Source of the DNA: Chrysomallon squamiferum
Lineage: Eukaryota; Animalia; Mollusca
NCBI GenBank assembly: GCA_012295275.1
Contig: CM022674.1
Coordinates: 12,276,001 to 12,340,000, forward strand
Direction of reading: 5' to 3'
DNA length: 64,000 bases
This document shows, piece by piece, positions 12,201 to 25,614 of this stretch (positions are counted from its first letter, which is position 1; every line of letters begins with the position of its first letter). Both the position numbers and the translations under genes were made by a program. The notes under the pieces are model-generated. The model was not told where the DNA came from and did no database searches. It saw only the letters and a program-made list of their open reading frames with translations.

Positions 12201-14102
12201 GCATTTCCTTTACTCACTAAAACCCACTGGTTATGGTTAAAACAAAGCAGAATATAACAATAAATGGAGAAATAAAATTGGCTTGCCAATGTTTGAAACT
12301 GATGCCAAAATTATCCATACAGTAAGAAACATCATTAAAGATTAGTGACAAGTTCATGTGGTAATCCAGGAAATTTGATTTAACATTAGCCAAAATGAAG
12401 GAATTGGATTAGTGATTGCTGGATCAGTGATAGTCAACCCACAGTACATGAATATGTGATATTAAAACATTTTGTAAGTATTTATCTAAAAAATATGTTT
12501 TGTGTGACTATTTTACTACTTAGTTTCTTTTGTCTGGTACTGTTCTCTGTATGTACACTTTGTTGGTTGTCTGGACATTAGGGTTGTGTTGGGTGGATGA
12601 TTTTGTATTGGTTTTTGAGATCAGATTCATGCTTTAGATGTAGTTTGATCTCAGTGTGTGTTTCTGTGCATATGTGTGTCTGTGTGTGTCAGTGAGAGTG
12701 TATGTGTGAGTGTGTTTCTCTATCTCTTTCTCTCTCATTACTATGTTTTACTCACATTCATGACATGACTGTTTGAACTTCCCTATAATGTGTCTACACT
12801 GAGAAGCTTTAATAGAATCGGAAAAGCTGTATATACATGTCTCTACCTTTTTAATTTTGTCTGGCCTGCAAAGAAACAATTTTTTAAAATATTTAAGAAC
12901 TTTTTTCAAATTTAAAATATATGTTATACAGATACTTATTTATTCATTCATTCATTTCTTTCTTTATTATTTATATATTTGTTTTTTAAACCTTTAATTG
13001 GTTACATCTATACTATTGAGAAAAAAATAATAATAATAAAATAAGATAATTCAGAAACACTTGTATTTAACTGCTTGTTTTCATTACTGCCCTGTTTTTT
13101 TAGTTATTCCAGGTGGCAACATTCCACAGTCATCAAGCTTCACTAATTAAGAGATTTCTGACCTTAATACTAAAATTTATTCCATCAGAGATATTTATCT
13201 AATTTATAACAATCAGTTGATTAATTAAGCTATGTCTGTTGTGTACTTCAAACTAAAATCCTAAATTTACCAAATGGCTGGTCTTAGACATACTTGAGCT
13301 ACAAAATGGCAGATTTAGCTCTACTATTTTAGAAAAACTAACTGCATGATTCAATTAGAGAATAAGTAATTGTTGATTTAATCAGTTTTAATCATCATTA
13401 TTATTGGGCTATTACAGTGATTGTACAGTCAACTTTCATTTGAATAATGATTTCACAGCAAGTTTCTATGGGTTTTTTCGTTTTGTTTTTTTTTTCTTTT
13501 TCGACTCTCATATCTTGCCTTTTCACTGAATATGATAGATACCCAGCTAGTACATTTATCTGGCCCAAAGAGAAAATTTAGAAATATTTTTGTTTATGCA
13601 ACTCAACGAAATTTGTATTTCAGAATTTGAAAATACTTTCAAACAATTTGAATTTAAACACAAACATTAATTCTAATAATTAACTCTAAAAGAAAAATAA
13701 TGAAAATATGTATTTTTCACTGTAACTTTTAGGGTATAAACGTGTATTACTTGCACACTCTGATTTTCAGATCGTCAAAAGTTCTGTCCTGATCCAAAAA
13801 TCCTTTATTTCCATTTGACGTCAAATAAAGAAATGATGTTGCAGAAAGGCCATAAGGTGAAAAACACTTATTGTTTATTTTATACAGGCACCACGATCCA
13901 TCCGCAGTCTTGATTAAAATATTCATCAATGCTGGAATAAAAATAAATAATGACTACAGTGTTCTTGTTCGTTGATCGTTTTGTCACTTTTGTAACTAAT
14001 GCCTGATTGAAAAAAAATTTCAAAAATTATTTTCATTTATCTTATTTAATTTTACTTTATTTCTTTAAAAATGATGATTATACCTATTACCAACAACATC
14101 AT
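9237..14102 (-). CDS. Type-I transmembrane protein, paralog B (signal peptide, Cys-rich domain, two TSP1-like domains, TM, tail), ~301 aa, 7 coding exons
   Basis: Exons on the minus strand: 14102-14084 (MMLLVI), 13931-13751 (ALMNILIKTADGSWCLYK...KIRVC), 12865-12756 (PDKIKKVETC...FKQSCHE), 11635-11438 (IGGWTEW...CPAPCGAGIRRLHFSRRCNDP; TSP1), 10847-10662 (IGEWTNW...CDRFC...RNC...CSEDAC), 9895-9799 (TM LLTIIATVSFFSVVILGAICIF), 9351-9237 (NRRNIPVYD...TNMGF...IPVM*). Total 906 nt, all phases compatible. Confidence 0.85.
9630..9790. repeat. Degenerate ~50-bp tandem repeat, about 3 copies
   Basis: TAATAATGTCTATGTAATGATTTATGT..GAGACA units next to the donor of the paralog B TM exon. Confidence 0.6.
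9934..10398. mobile_element. MITE-like element, copy 2 (shorter), in an intron of paralog B
   Basis: Ends TA-CTGTTGAGAGTTGATTTCA and GTGAAATCAAGGGTCAACAG-TA. Internal blocks resemble copy 1 (TTTCAAGTGG(G/A)AAATGGC, TAAGTTC, TGGGACTCA, AAAATGCAAA). Confidence 0.65.
11155..11430. repeat. Minisatellite, ~25-26-bp unit (AACATTTACTAGTATAATTAACAT)
   Basis: About 10 degenerate copies starting at the minus-strand splice donor at 11437. Confidence 0.8.
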
Positions 14103-14346
14103 CTGGTCTTTTCATGTCGGAAGCAAACTGCGTCATTACTTCTATAAGCCCGGGATTACTATAGGTTATAATACGTCATATGTAACAGAGATCTTGATTG
14201 GCTATTTAATTCTCAGTTTTCGTAGTAGCATTGTTCCAGTGCATCACGGTTTTCCTAATTAATTTCTATGATGAAATCAGCTCACAAATAATCATTTTTT
14301 GTCTCATGTGTTGCGAAAGGTTTGTTGTTGTTGTTGTTGTTTTTGT

Positions 14347-14377
<31 letters not shown>

Positions 14378-14459
14378 TTTAAATAAGTCCACATTTGCAA
14401 AAAGATATATTTTATTTTTCAAAATAATAGCCATCTGTTTAATTTGTGTATTTTTTTTT

Positions 14460-14503
<44 letters not shown>

Positions 14504-14777
14504 AATAAATAAACAAAATTAGTGAAATAGATTTTGTTCAAATTTTTTACCTACATAGGTCCTCAGGCAAATAATTTAATACAATCGGCGTAAGATACGG
14601 AAAATTCCGATTGATTACGAATCATTCAGAGTTATGTCCCTTACCTGAAAATAATTACTGTTTATCAAAGAAAAGATTAACCATAAAAAGTTACCATTCA
14701 GTGATTGCCTTTAAAGTTGTATAACAATAATAATAATTATTATTATTATTATTATTTAATGTGGCAGTTTTTTTATA
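14103..14777. promoter_or_regulatory. Probable bidirectional promoter between paralog B (-) and FTSJ1 (+)
   Basis: Start codons are head-to-head, ~675 bp apart. CGGAAG, TGCGTCA, TACGTCA and GATTGG motifs lie at about 14115-14205, with locally retained CpG. Confidence 0.5.
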
Positions 14778-14943
14778 ATGGGCCGATCTTCTAAAGATAA
14801 ACGAGATGTGTATTATCGTCTGGCAAAAGAAGAAGGATGGAGGGCAAGAAGTGCTTTTAAACTCTTGCAGATTAATGAAGATTTTAATATTTTTGACGGT
14901 ATACAGACATTGAAAACTATTTTTGTTATTACACACACAACTA

Positions 14944-15011
<68 letters not shown>

Positions 15012-15173
15012 ATATATCATTTTTATATTATTATTTTATAAAATATTTCTTTTGATGTTCATCACAGAAAATCATTAATGATTATTTTTTATTTATAGAT
15101 GTAAAGAGAGTTGTAGACCTCTGTGCAGCCCCAGGTAGCTGGAGTCAAGTATTGTCAAGGAAACTCAGGTTTG

Positions 15174-15208
<35 letters not shown>

Positions 15209-15233
15209 TACATATAGTCGTTCATACACTCAT

Positions 15234-15287
<54 letters not shown>

Positions 15288-18193
15288 TTATAATCTAATC
15301 AGCAACTCATAAAAAAAGTATCTAACACTTCATCTTTTATGTTTGATATATAAACACTGCTCAATTTTTATTGTAAATATATTATTGTAATTTTCAGAGG
15401 TGAAGGTAACAAAAATGATGATGTGAAAATAGTAGCTGTTGATCTTCAGGCTATGGCACCACTTCCAGGTGTCACCCAAATACAGGGGGACATCACCAAG
15501 GTAACAGAATTTCAGCATATTGTGTAACAATTAAATATTCCTCCATTTTGTGTTTAACTGTAGATCTATGTACTCTGAATTACTGGATTCATTTTGGACA
15601 CTAAAGCACACACAGGACATTTCACAATGTATACTCTATAAATTTAACTGAAAAGGTTTTTAAAAATATACCAAAATTCTTATATTTATAATATTTTATA
15701 GAAATTATTGTTGTTTAACAATTTGTAAAAAAAAAAAAATTCCACTCGTCAGCAGAAATGCATTAAAACCATTTTTATATTTAAAAAAAATTAATTGTTT
15801 TTCTAGAAATCTACAGCTCAGGAGATTATCAGCCATTTTGAAGGAGAACAAGCAGATCTTGTTGTCTGTGATGGAGCACCTGATGGTACATGTTTTTTTT
15901 TTATATCTGGATTTTTTTTTTTTTTAAAGTTTTGAGTTGAATGATTAAACTAAAATATTTTAATTTTTTTTTATCACTTTTGTTTCTAACCATATGTACT
16001 ATATCATGTATCTAGATTAGGTATGAGTTCAGTAAATCATTAAATAAAACATTTTTTTTGGTCACAGTGACTGGTCTTCATGACATTGATGAATATATTC
16101 AGGCTCAGCTCTTGTTAGCAGTAAGTATAAAATATACACAGTAAAATGTTTAATATGTTGTAAAACTATAAAATATACACAGTAAAATGTTTAATATATT
16201 GTAAAAATATAAAATATACACAGTAAAATGTTTAATATATTGTAAAAAAATATAAAATACACAGTAAAATGTTTTAATTTATTGTTAAAAGTATAAAATA
16301 GACACAGTAAAATGTTTGATGTATTGCAAAAAGTATAAAATACAATAAAATGTTTTAATGTATTGTAAAAAGTATAAAATATACACAGCATGATGTTTTA
16401 ATGTATTGTAAAATGTATAAAATAAACACAGTAAAATGTTTTGATGTATTGTAAAAAGTATAAAATGTTTTAATCTATTTTAAAAGGGTTAACTTTTGAA
16501 TTTTATATAGTGATATTGACTGTAAGAGTGTGAAAGAATTAAATATTGATAGTAAGTAATATGAGGTAAACAGTTAAATGATAATTATAAAGCTACACTA
16601 GTTATTTTATTTATTATTTAGCTATCAAATTATTCACATCAAAAATTGAATTTAAATATTTTTAAACATGCTTTTATGGATAGGAAACCATAAGGTAAAC
16701 TTCTTGTTAAAGTAAAGTGAAAATTCTTTACCATTGTCTGTTAATAATAATATCAGTAAATAAGCAGTTTTATTTATTTCTGTTTTGCTAAATTAATAAG
16801 AACTTTTGTATCTCCACAGGCTCTGAATATTACCACACACATCCTTAAAAATGGAGGCACATTCGTTGCCAAGGTAACATTATTATGTAGCAAAATAAAT
16901 GTTAAATGAATTTATATAATTATGAAAACTTTCTTTGATTTACTCAGATAATAGTAAAAATAACTCTTTTTAATCTTTATTTAATTTGTTATGATGCTGT
17001 TAGCAATTTCATTGTTATGATTTTTACTCCATCATTTTTACTAATATTATTTGTTAATGTTGTTTCTTATTCCTTGATTTTGAATAAAATATTAATTTTA
17101 GCAGCAAGTTGGATAACTTTTTAAAATATTTATTTTTATTTAATTATCATTGTTTATAATAATCTAAAGTAATTAAAAGACACCTTTAAACTAAGAGATT
17201 TTGATAACAATTTAATTCTGTTGCAGATATTTCGAGGAAAGGATGTTACTCTGTTGTATTCTCAATTAAAAATATTTTTTCCTCTTGTGACAATCTACAA
17301 ACCAAGAAGTAGTCGGAACTCGAGTATTGGTAGGTTTTTCTCTTCTCAAAATGTTTTCCATTTTAATTCAAGAACTAAAAATTAAATAAAAATATTCTTT
17401 ATTCCTGTAGTTTAAATAAAGACAGAATAATTGAAATTGAAATAAAGATAAATTATTTGTGTTTTTGTGGAAGATTAAATTAGCATTGTTGTGACTTTAA
17501 TAAAAATGGTAAAAATAGCTCAAATAATTAATAATTGTAAAGAAAAATATACTGCTCATATTGTTTGAAAACCACATTACAAATGAAGAAGGTAAAAATG
17601 AATATATATAAATATTTAAACCTTAACATTTACAATCTACATCAGCTCCATTGTTTTTTTATATCTATATTCAGTATCCTTATTAAAAATTCCAAAATCA
17701 AAAGCCTTTTCATTCTGATAACTCAGTATTCTGAATGTTTTAACTCTAATGTTAATATTATTTCATTACAAATTGATATTAAATAACACTACTACAAGAC
17801 TGCACTTTTAATGTGTATACATGATTTATAAAAGAATCTCTTGTTTTAGACTTGAGTTGCATTTTTGACTCATATTTCAGAGTCAAAAACAATAAGAAAT
17901 GAGAAATATATCCAGCCTCAGTGATTAGGATTAAGATTATAAATAATCTTAAAACCATTTATTTATTTATTGCCACTTTTTTCTTTTTTTTAATGATATA
18001 TTTAAAAATCTATTTTTATTCTTTTAATTTATTAATTATTTTATTAATATTATTATTATTATTACTACTACTACTGCTACTACTATAAGCCATATATTTT
18101 ATTTTTATTTATTTCTTTTACTTTTTACTTTTCTTTTTTGGTGATATCTACTAAAAGCAAGTTTATATTTATTTAGTTTTATTATTATTATTA

Positions 18194-18235
<42 letters not shown>

Positions 18236-21200
18236 GCAGCATTTCATTTCTATTAAACACCAGTTTTTATTATTTTTGTTTTATTACTACAGAAGCATTT
18301 GTTGTGTGTCAGTCTTATAACCCTCCAGCTGGTTATACTCCAAACATGTCAAATCCTCTACTAGATCATCAGTATGGTATGTATTAGTAGTTTATTTTTC
18401 TTTTATCTTGTTATACTCCAAACATGTCAAATCCTCTACCATCATCAGTATGGTAAGTATTAGTAGTTTATTTTCCTTTTTATCTTGTTATACTCCAAAC
18501 ATGTCAAATCCTCTACTAGATCATCAGTATGGTAAGTATTAGTAGTTTATTTTCCTTTTATCTTGTTATACTCCAAACATGTCAAATCCTCTACTGCATC
18601 ATCAGTATGGTAAGTATTAGTAGTTTATTTTCCTTTTATCTTGTTATACTCCAAACATGTCAAATCCTCTACTAGATCATCAGTATGGTAAGTATTAGTA
18701 GTTTATTTTCCTTTTTTTATTGTTATACTCCTAACATGTCAAATCCTCTACTGCATCATCAGTATGGTAAGTATTAGTAGTTTATTTTCCTTTTATCTTG
18801 TTATACTCCAAACATGTCAAATCCTCTACTAGATCATCAGTATGGTAAGTATTAGTAGTTTATTTTCCTTTTATCTTGTTATACTCCTAACATGTCAAAT
18901 CCTCTACTGCATCATCAGTATGGTAAGTATTAGTAGTTTATTTTCCTTTTATCTTGTTATACTCCAAACATGTCAAATCCTCTACTAGATCATCAGTATG
19001 GTAAGTATTAGTAGTTTATTTTCCTTTTATCTTGTTATACTCCAAACATGTCAAATCCTCTACTAGATCATCAGTATGGTAAGTATTAGTAGTTTATTTT
19101 CCTTTTATCTTTTTATTCCAAACATGTTTTTACTAGATCATCAGTATGGTAAGTATTAGTAGTTTATTTTCCTTTTATCTTGTTATACTCCAAACATGTC
19201 AAATCCTCTACTGCATCATCAGTATCATATGTATTAGTAGTTTATTTTTCATTTACTCTCAAGCCAGTTCTTGCTTCTTTTTCAGAAGTTTGTTTGGGTT
19301 GTTTTGATGTTTTTTTGGATGAGGATGTTTGTTTTGGAAAGATCTTATTAATTGTCTTTATCATTATATATATTAGAGAGAAAGCATCAACATGTTTTTA
19401 AAATATTATAAGGAGAAGAGGATCTGAGTCTAAAATTAAATTGCATTTGTATTTCACATACAAATAGCGTGCAGGATTTTGTACATAGTTTATAATAATT
19501 TTGTGAATAAAATAAGTTGTGTGTATACAAAACAATCCGAAAACTGTAAGATATCATAATTTGTACTGTTTGGCAAAAGTTTTTGATTTTTGAAATTTTG
19601 GATAAGGCATCTTCAACATATACCTTATGATGTATTGCCTTTCTTTTATTTCATTTTTTTGCTTTTTTGTTTGTTTTTTGGGGTTTTTTTATTTTTATTG
19701 TTTGGTGGGGGGGTAATCTTCCCATTTCCATTTAGATAATATATAACAGGTTCAAAAATTAGTTTTTTATCTAGTCCTTTTTTTTTTTTTTTTTTTTTTT
19801 ACAGAGTAGAGAGTTGCCTCCCTTATGGTAATTTTTATTAATTTTTGTTTTTGTATTCATTATTTTGTTTTAGATGTTGATTACAACAATCTTGAAGGAC
19901 CAAATCGGATTATCGTCCCATTTCTTGCATGTGGTGATCTCAGTGGATTTGATTCTGACAAAACTTACCCTCTGGAGGTAGACTGGATTTTTACACTAAT
20001 TTCATTGAAGATTTATATCACAGATTCTTATATTTTAAATGCTTGGTTATTCAGAAAAACATTTACATATGTACCTTATAATGACTGATAAAAATAATTT
20101 GTAAAATAGTTTTAATATTTAATGATTACAAACTATTTTAAATCTCTCACACAAACATATTATGATAGTCTCTTTAGCTATTCTTTTTTATGTCAGTGAG
20201 ATAAATCATAATGTATCATAAATATAACTGTTTGTTGAGGGTTTTTTGTAATCATTAAAAATAATTATTTATTTATTATTAACAAGCTACACTCAATTTT
20301 GTCCACATTATTTCTGGAAGTAAAATGTAAACACAGATATATTTTTAATTAATATTTTTCTTTCTAATATTATTTATTAGTGGGGAGATGAAAAAAAAAA
20401 AAAATCTAACTTTTGAAACATAAATAAGAAATAACATTATTATTAATATAAATAAATTAATCAAATAAAAGTGGGTTGTAAATCCAGAAAATATAATTTG
20501 ATTGATTTGTTCTAAATTTTTGAATAATAATAATAATAATGATATTAATGATGATAATAATAAATAAATTAATAAATTTGGTATATGTGTTCATTTAAAA
20601 TATTCACAGTCTAATTATAACTGCTCAAATCACCAGTTGATAGAAACTATTAAGTAATGAAGATAAATCTGACAGAGTCAAATTCAGACTGAACTATTCA
20701 GACATTTCCAAATGCACTTCAGTAAGTCAGGTGGGGGGAGGCAAATTTTGAATACATAACCAGAGGTGAAACAGGAATATAGCTCATTTTTTAAAATTCA
20801 GTTTTGAACATTCCATTTTTTTAAATTTATTTTTTAAATGATTGCAGTATTCCTTAAAAGTCTCTCCAGTGTTAAGTAGGATGATTAGCCATCTTGAAAC
20901 CAAAACAATGGCTTTTAATGGCCAATATATCTCACAAGTCATTACACAAACATTTCAGTATATGTTAGCTTCTGAGTATTCATTTCATTTATTCATTTAT
21001 TTATTCAGCCATGTTTTGGTTTTTTTTTTCCTTTAAATATTTATTTTTTTGTGATTTATTCATAACTCCTGATTATTTTCTTACACTTCATTAAAAGTTG
21101 ACATCTCTGTATTCCTGTCATTTAGTTATACATTTATTCAACATTGATACTTTTTCATTTATTTATTTATTTATCTGTTTGTGATTTATTAATAAGTATA

Positions 21201-21616
21201 TTTATTCATATCCATCCTTTTTTTTTTTAAATCTATTTTAAGATCATTTATTTCTCAGTGTTTATAAATTGTCACCATTTCAGTTGGAACCAGGGCAGGA
21301 CTATAAATACCACCCACCAAACCAGGAACCCATCAACCCACCCTACAAGGAAGCGTGTAGGCTGAAGAAACAAGATCGTCTTGCCAAGCCAGAGACTGAA
21401 CAGAGAGAATCAAGTGAAGAAAACAAATCTTCAAAACTATTTTCTGAAGAGCAGATTTCCAGAAATACTGACAAAATGCAAATTGATGAAAAAGAAGGAA
21501 TGTCAAAGAATGTTGCTGAAGCTAATATTTCCAAGAAAATCTCAGAAGATGAACTTGACATGAATGTGGAAAAAACATCAGAACAATTTAATGAGTTAAA
21601 AATTGATACCAGCTGA
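14778..21616 (+). CDS. FTSJ1: tRNA (cytidine32/guanosine34-2'-O)-methyltransferase, FtsJ/RrmJ family (Trm7 ortholog), ~367 aa, 10 exons
   Basis: Motifs [85 protein letters not shown] and [21 protein letters not shown]. Exons 14778-14898, 15099-15168, 15398-15500, 15807-15885, 16068-16120, 16820-16873, 17227-17329, 18293-18376, 19874-19977, 21284-21616 (1104 nt). Confidence 0.97.
16125..16480. repeat. Minisatellite, ~42-bp unit (TATAAAATATACACAGTAAAATGTTTAATATATTGTAAAAA)
   Basis: About 8 degenerate copies beginning right at the FTSJ1 exon-5 donor. Confidence 0.8.
18331..19256 (+). repeat. ~78-bp tandem array (about 12 copies) made of the FTSJ1 exon-8 3' half, splice donor and intron start
   Basis: Unit TGTTATACTCCAAACATGTCAAATCCTCTACTAGATCATCAGTATGGTAAGTATTAGTAGTTTATTTTCCTTTTATCT. 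The first copy is the true exon end ([14 protein letters not shown]). Confidence 0.95.
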
Positions 21617-23112
21617 TGTAAAAAATAAATATCAAAGAAATAATAAAATAATAATAATAATAATAATAGTTAATCATTTATGAATGGAAGGGTTGATTTT
21701 GTAATTCTGTTTTTATTTTGTTATTTTGCGGACTCTCTTCTTTTTTCATAAAAGAGTATAAGAGACTGAAAACACATGTGTACCACCCTATCAACATCTC
21801 ATATCTGAAATCCTCAATCACAGGATTCATAACACACATTTTATTACAGTGAAAAAAAAATAGCTATTCCTTAACCATTTCCTTTCTTGTAACCTTGGGG
21901 GAGACAACAGCTGGCAGTACAATTTATTTCCAAGGAAAACGTTCTGTAAAATTTGTAACATAGTCAAAACTAAATTTATATCTAATTATCCAGTAGATGC
22001 ATTATTGAGAAGAAACTGCTTTCTGAAAGAGCATGTTTGAGTGCAAGAGGCATACATGTGTTGAATGTGGAACAGTATATTATGATGAGATTAAAATAAA
22101 TGATTGTGTCCAGCATATTAAATGATTATGTAGACAGTACAAAATATAATACAGAAAAACTAACAATTACATGCCTATTTTGTTTGGATAGAACTACGTA
22201 CTTCTCATGTCTAAAAAGATTGTCTCCCTTCGATAATCAGTAATCGTTTCTTTTGTAAAAAAAAAATTTTTTTTTTTTTTTTTTTTTTTTATGTGTATAT
22301 TTGTGTGTGTTTGTGGATTGTGTTTTCTTTTTGGGGGGGATTTGTTTGTATGCTTGTAAGTGTTTTTTTTTTTTTTTTTTTTTTTTTTTTTCTATTATGT
22401 TTTTATAAAATAATGATGATGTTGATAATAACCATGTCACTAACGTTTTGATAGGACTCCACCCTTTTCGTAACCACAGAGTGTGTTTCCATCGTAATCG
22501 TTTTACATGAAAGCCACAAGATGGTACGAAGTTAATGCAAGAAATACAATACTTTTAAAACATCAACAAAAACATGAAATATAATTATTTTTGCTGAAAT
22601 ACACCTACCATTATGTGTGTGAGCTCGTGTATGTGTGAACTGCTTTCTAATACAAACACTGCGATATGTTTATTTGATTGGAAACCGTACTCCACTCTTA
22701 CTAAAAACAGATTCATACAGCGATTTCTTCGTTCACGTAAACACAAAACTAAAATCTACGTCTAATGAATCAGTTACATATCACTTCGTTAATGTAATAT
22801 CGTCTAGAATTTCACGCATACGCGTTGACACAGTATCAGTTATTACGTGATGTGTCTACAAACATCAAAATAAATAAATAAAACAACGAAGTCTTTAGAA
22901 TGGCATTGTGATGTGTAAATCAGCTAATTGAATAACATAATTTCATACACAAGAGAAAGGAGACGTTTCATGTCCGAGGTGGATATAAATCGGAACAGAA
23001 AGGGCAAAAAAACATGTCATATCATACGTCGCTATGCCTATGACATGCATATAAATGAAATATATATATAGGCCTTTATCTTACGTAAAATGTTTGTATT
23101 CTTTCATACCCA

Positions 23113-23152
<40 letters not shown>

Positions 23153-25579
23153 AATATAATATCCAGGTCTAAAAAAAAAATACATATATATATTCTCACG
23201 TAATTACGTATATTCATTCATACATACAACATTTACATTGCTTATTTTTGCACTGATTTAATAATTAATGTATATTTCATTATTTACACACACAAACAAA
23301 CACACAAGCAAAAAAAAAAAAAAAAAAAGGTTTCCTTTTATCCTCATCCGGGTAATAAAATCGTTGGGGTGATATTTAATTCTGCCGCATCACATTTGCA
23401 ATGAAGAGCGTTCTCAAAACAAATAAGTATAAAGCGAGGCTGGGAAACCTGTTATGTTAAGACTTTGTGTTTGTCCTCCTAGTTTGTTTAACATGCTCCG
23501 GGCTATAAAACGACTTTCCTCTCTTTGTGCAACAACCATGGCCCAACAACGAAGAGGGCAGCGTGTTGGTTTTTGTCGTTAAAACAATAACCCGACTGTT
23601 TTCCGATTCGATCGTCTGCTTTGTTGGGTTACAGCGTTTTAGTTTGTCTAATCTCACGTCGCTTTTTTCAACGGCTACAACGACGTTCCAGACATTCCTC
23701 TGAGAAAAGAGATGTCGTTTGGTGGTTGAGAGAATGATGGTGGACTCCGTTAAGAATTTTTTTTTTATACAAAAGATGAATGAAAATCTGATATGTTTGT
23801 TGTTGTTGTTGTTGTTCGTTATTGTTGATTAATTATTTAATGACTGATTAAAATACAGTGTAATATATTTTATGATTTAAATATTTTGTTTGTAGAAGAC
23901 TAGTATAATTATATTATTATGATGTATATAATTATAATTTCTCCGACACACACACACATACACACACCAACAGATATAATACATACGTACACATGTATTT
24001 ATATGCACTTCTAAGTATGCTCTCATTTTAACAAATAATATTATGGTAATATGAGTTAAACTAAATATTATTTTGGGCGCTTGTGTAGGGATTATAACAA
24101 TACCAAAGAAATTTTATAGTCAAAAACAAAAATAAAATTTTGGCAAAATTTTGCGACAAGGACATGCACATTATTGTTGTTATTAGTGGTTATACTAATG
24201 ATAGTAGTAGTAGTAGTTGTTGTTGTTGTTATTGTTGTTCTGATAGTAGTAACAGCTGTATTAATAGCAGCGGCAGTGATAGTGATCTTTCAACATAAAC
24301 TGGAGTTTGGTATTTTACAATAATTTGTTAAAAGGTGTTATATTCCATATTCATCTAAAATATACACCTGTCTCATAACAGTATATTATATTATTTGCCC
24401 TGTGTAGTAACGTGTTATTTACCTATAAAGGCTGCGAAACTGTTATTTTTAGGAAACAATAGAACAGGTATTTTTCTGTTTTTGTCAATTGTCATGGAGC
24501 ACATTTTAATATTCTAAAGAAGAAAAATATGGATCTTCCTATGAAATGCGCGTATTCTGAAAATTTTGGTTCGTTTTGGGGTTGTTGTTTTTTTCTTTCT
24601 ATCTCTCTCTTATCTTTTGGGGTTGTTCTTTTTTTCTTTCTCTCACTCTCTCTTATCTTACTTTCTTAATATTAGCTTTAAAATTCGGAGAAATTCCGTT
24701 ATAAATAACGGGTATTCAAAAAAAAAAATCAACAAAAAAACGTGCATTTTATCAGAATGTTTTCTACTTATTTTTTTACAGACATTTATTAATTTTTATT
24801 TTTACTTAGATGACCTATGTTATCTCAAACACACAAACTCTATTTCAAAAAAAAAAAAAAAAAATGTTTGTTTCTCATGAAGTATTAAGCCTTCTATTAT
24901 GTGTTATGTTGCGCATAACTTAAATCGTTTCTTAATAAGTTCGTATAAATATAATTTGTTGTAAATTATTGTAATGCGTGTATAAATTCCTATAATATTT
25001 TCTTGTGTATTTAGGCCTTCAGTTCATATATATAGGCTACATACATACACATACATAAACACAGAAATACACAGCAAGGCATACATACACATAAACATAA
25101 GCAAGTCACATACATTATACATGTACATATGTGTACAGCGCAGACTGACGGAGAGTCAGTATATATAAAATACGTGGTGTAGTTTGTTATAAATATATCG
25201 GGTAGTACACGAAATGATGGCACTTGCTTTGATAAAAACACGTTTCAAAATACTAATTCCGGTTTTATACCAACAGCAATAAATTAGAATTCCCCGTAAA
25301 TGATGTATGGTGTTGTCAATCCGATTGACACTGCGAATTTTACACCAAGTCAGCTGAGAAAAAATCTGGAACAAAATAATGAAGTCATCCGTAGATCAAT
25401 CCTCAGGGGTTTTTTTTTTCTCTTAAATATAAATGATAAATAACTTATATATTGTCGTTTATTATCATTATCATCATCATCATTATCATTATTTTTTATT
25501 ATTGCTGCTGTTGTTTTCTTGTTGCATTAAGTAATGTTCTTAATTTTTATACTCAAAATATATTTGTATGTTCCTCACC

Positions 25580-25614
<35 letters not shown>

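Noticed and set aside
12799-12846. Possible 48-nt intron in paralog B exon 3
   Set aside because: The frame is open through it and the peptide (KKVETC) aligns with paralog A (EKIELC).
23668-23699. Alternative frame ECLERRCSR resembling a Gla-domain core
   Set aside because: It stops immediately, lacks the rest of the motif, and is too short to be significant.
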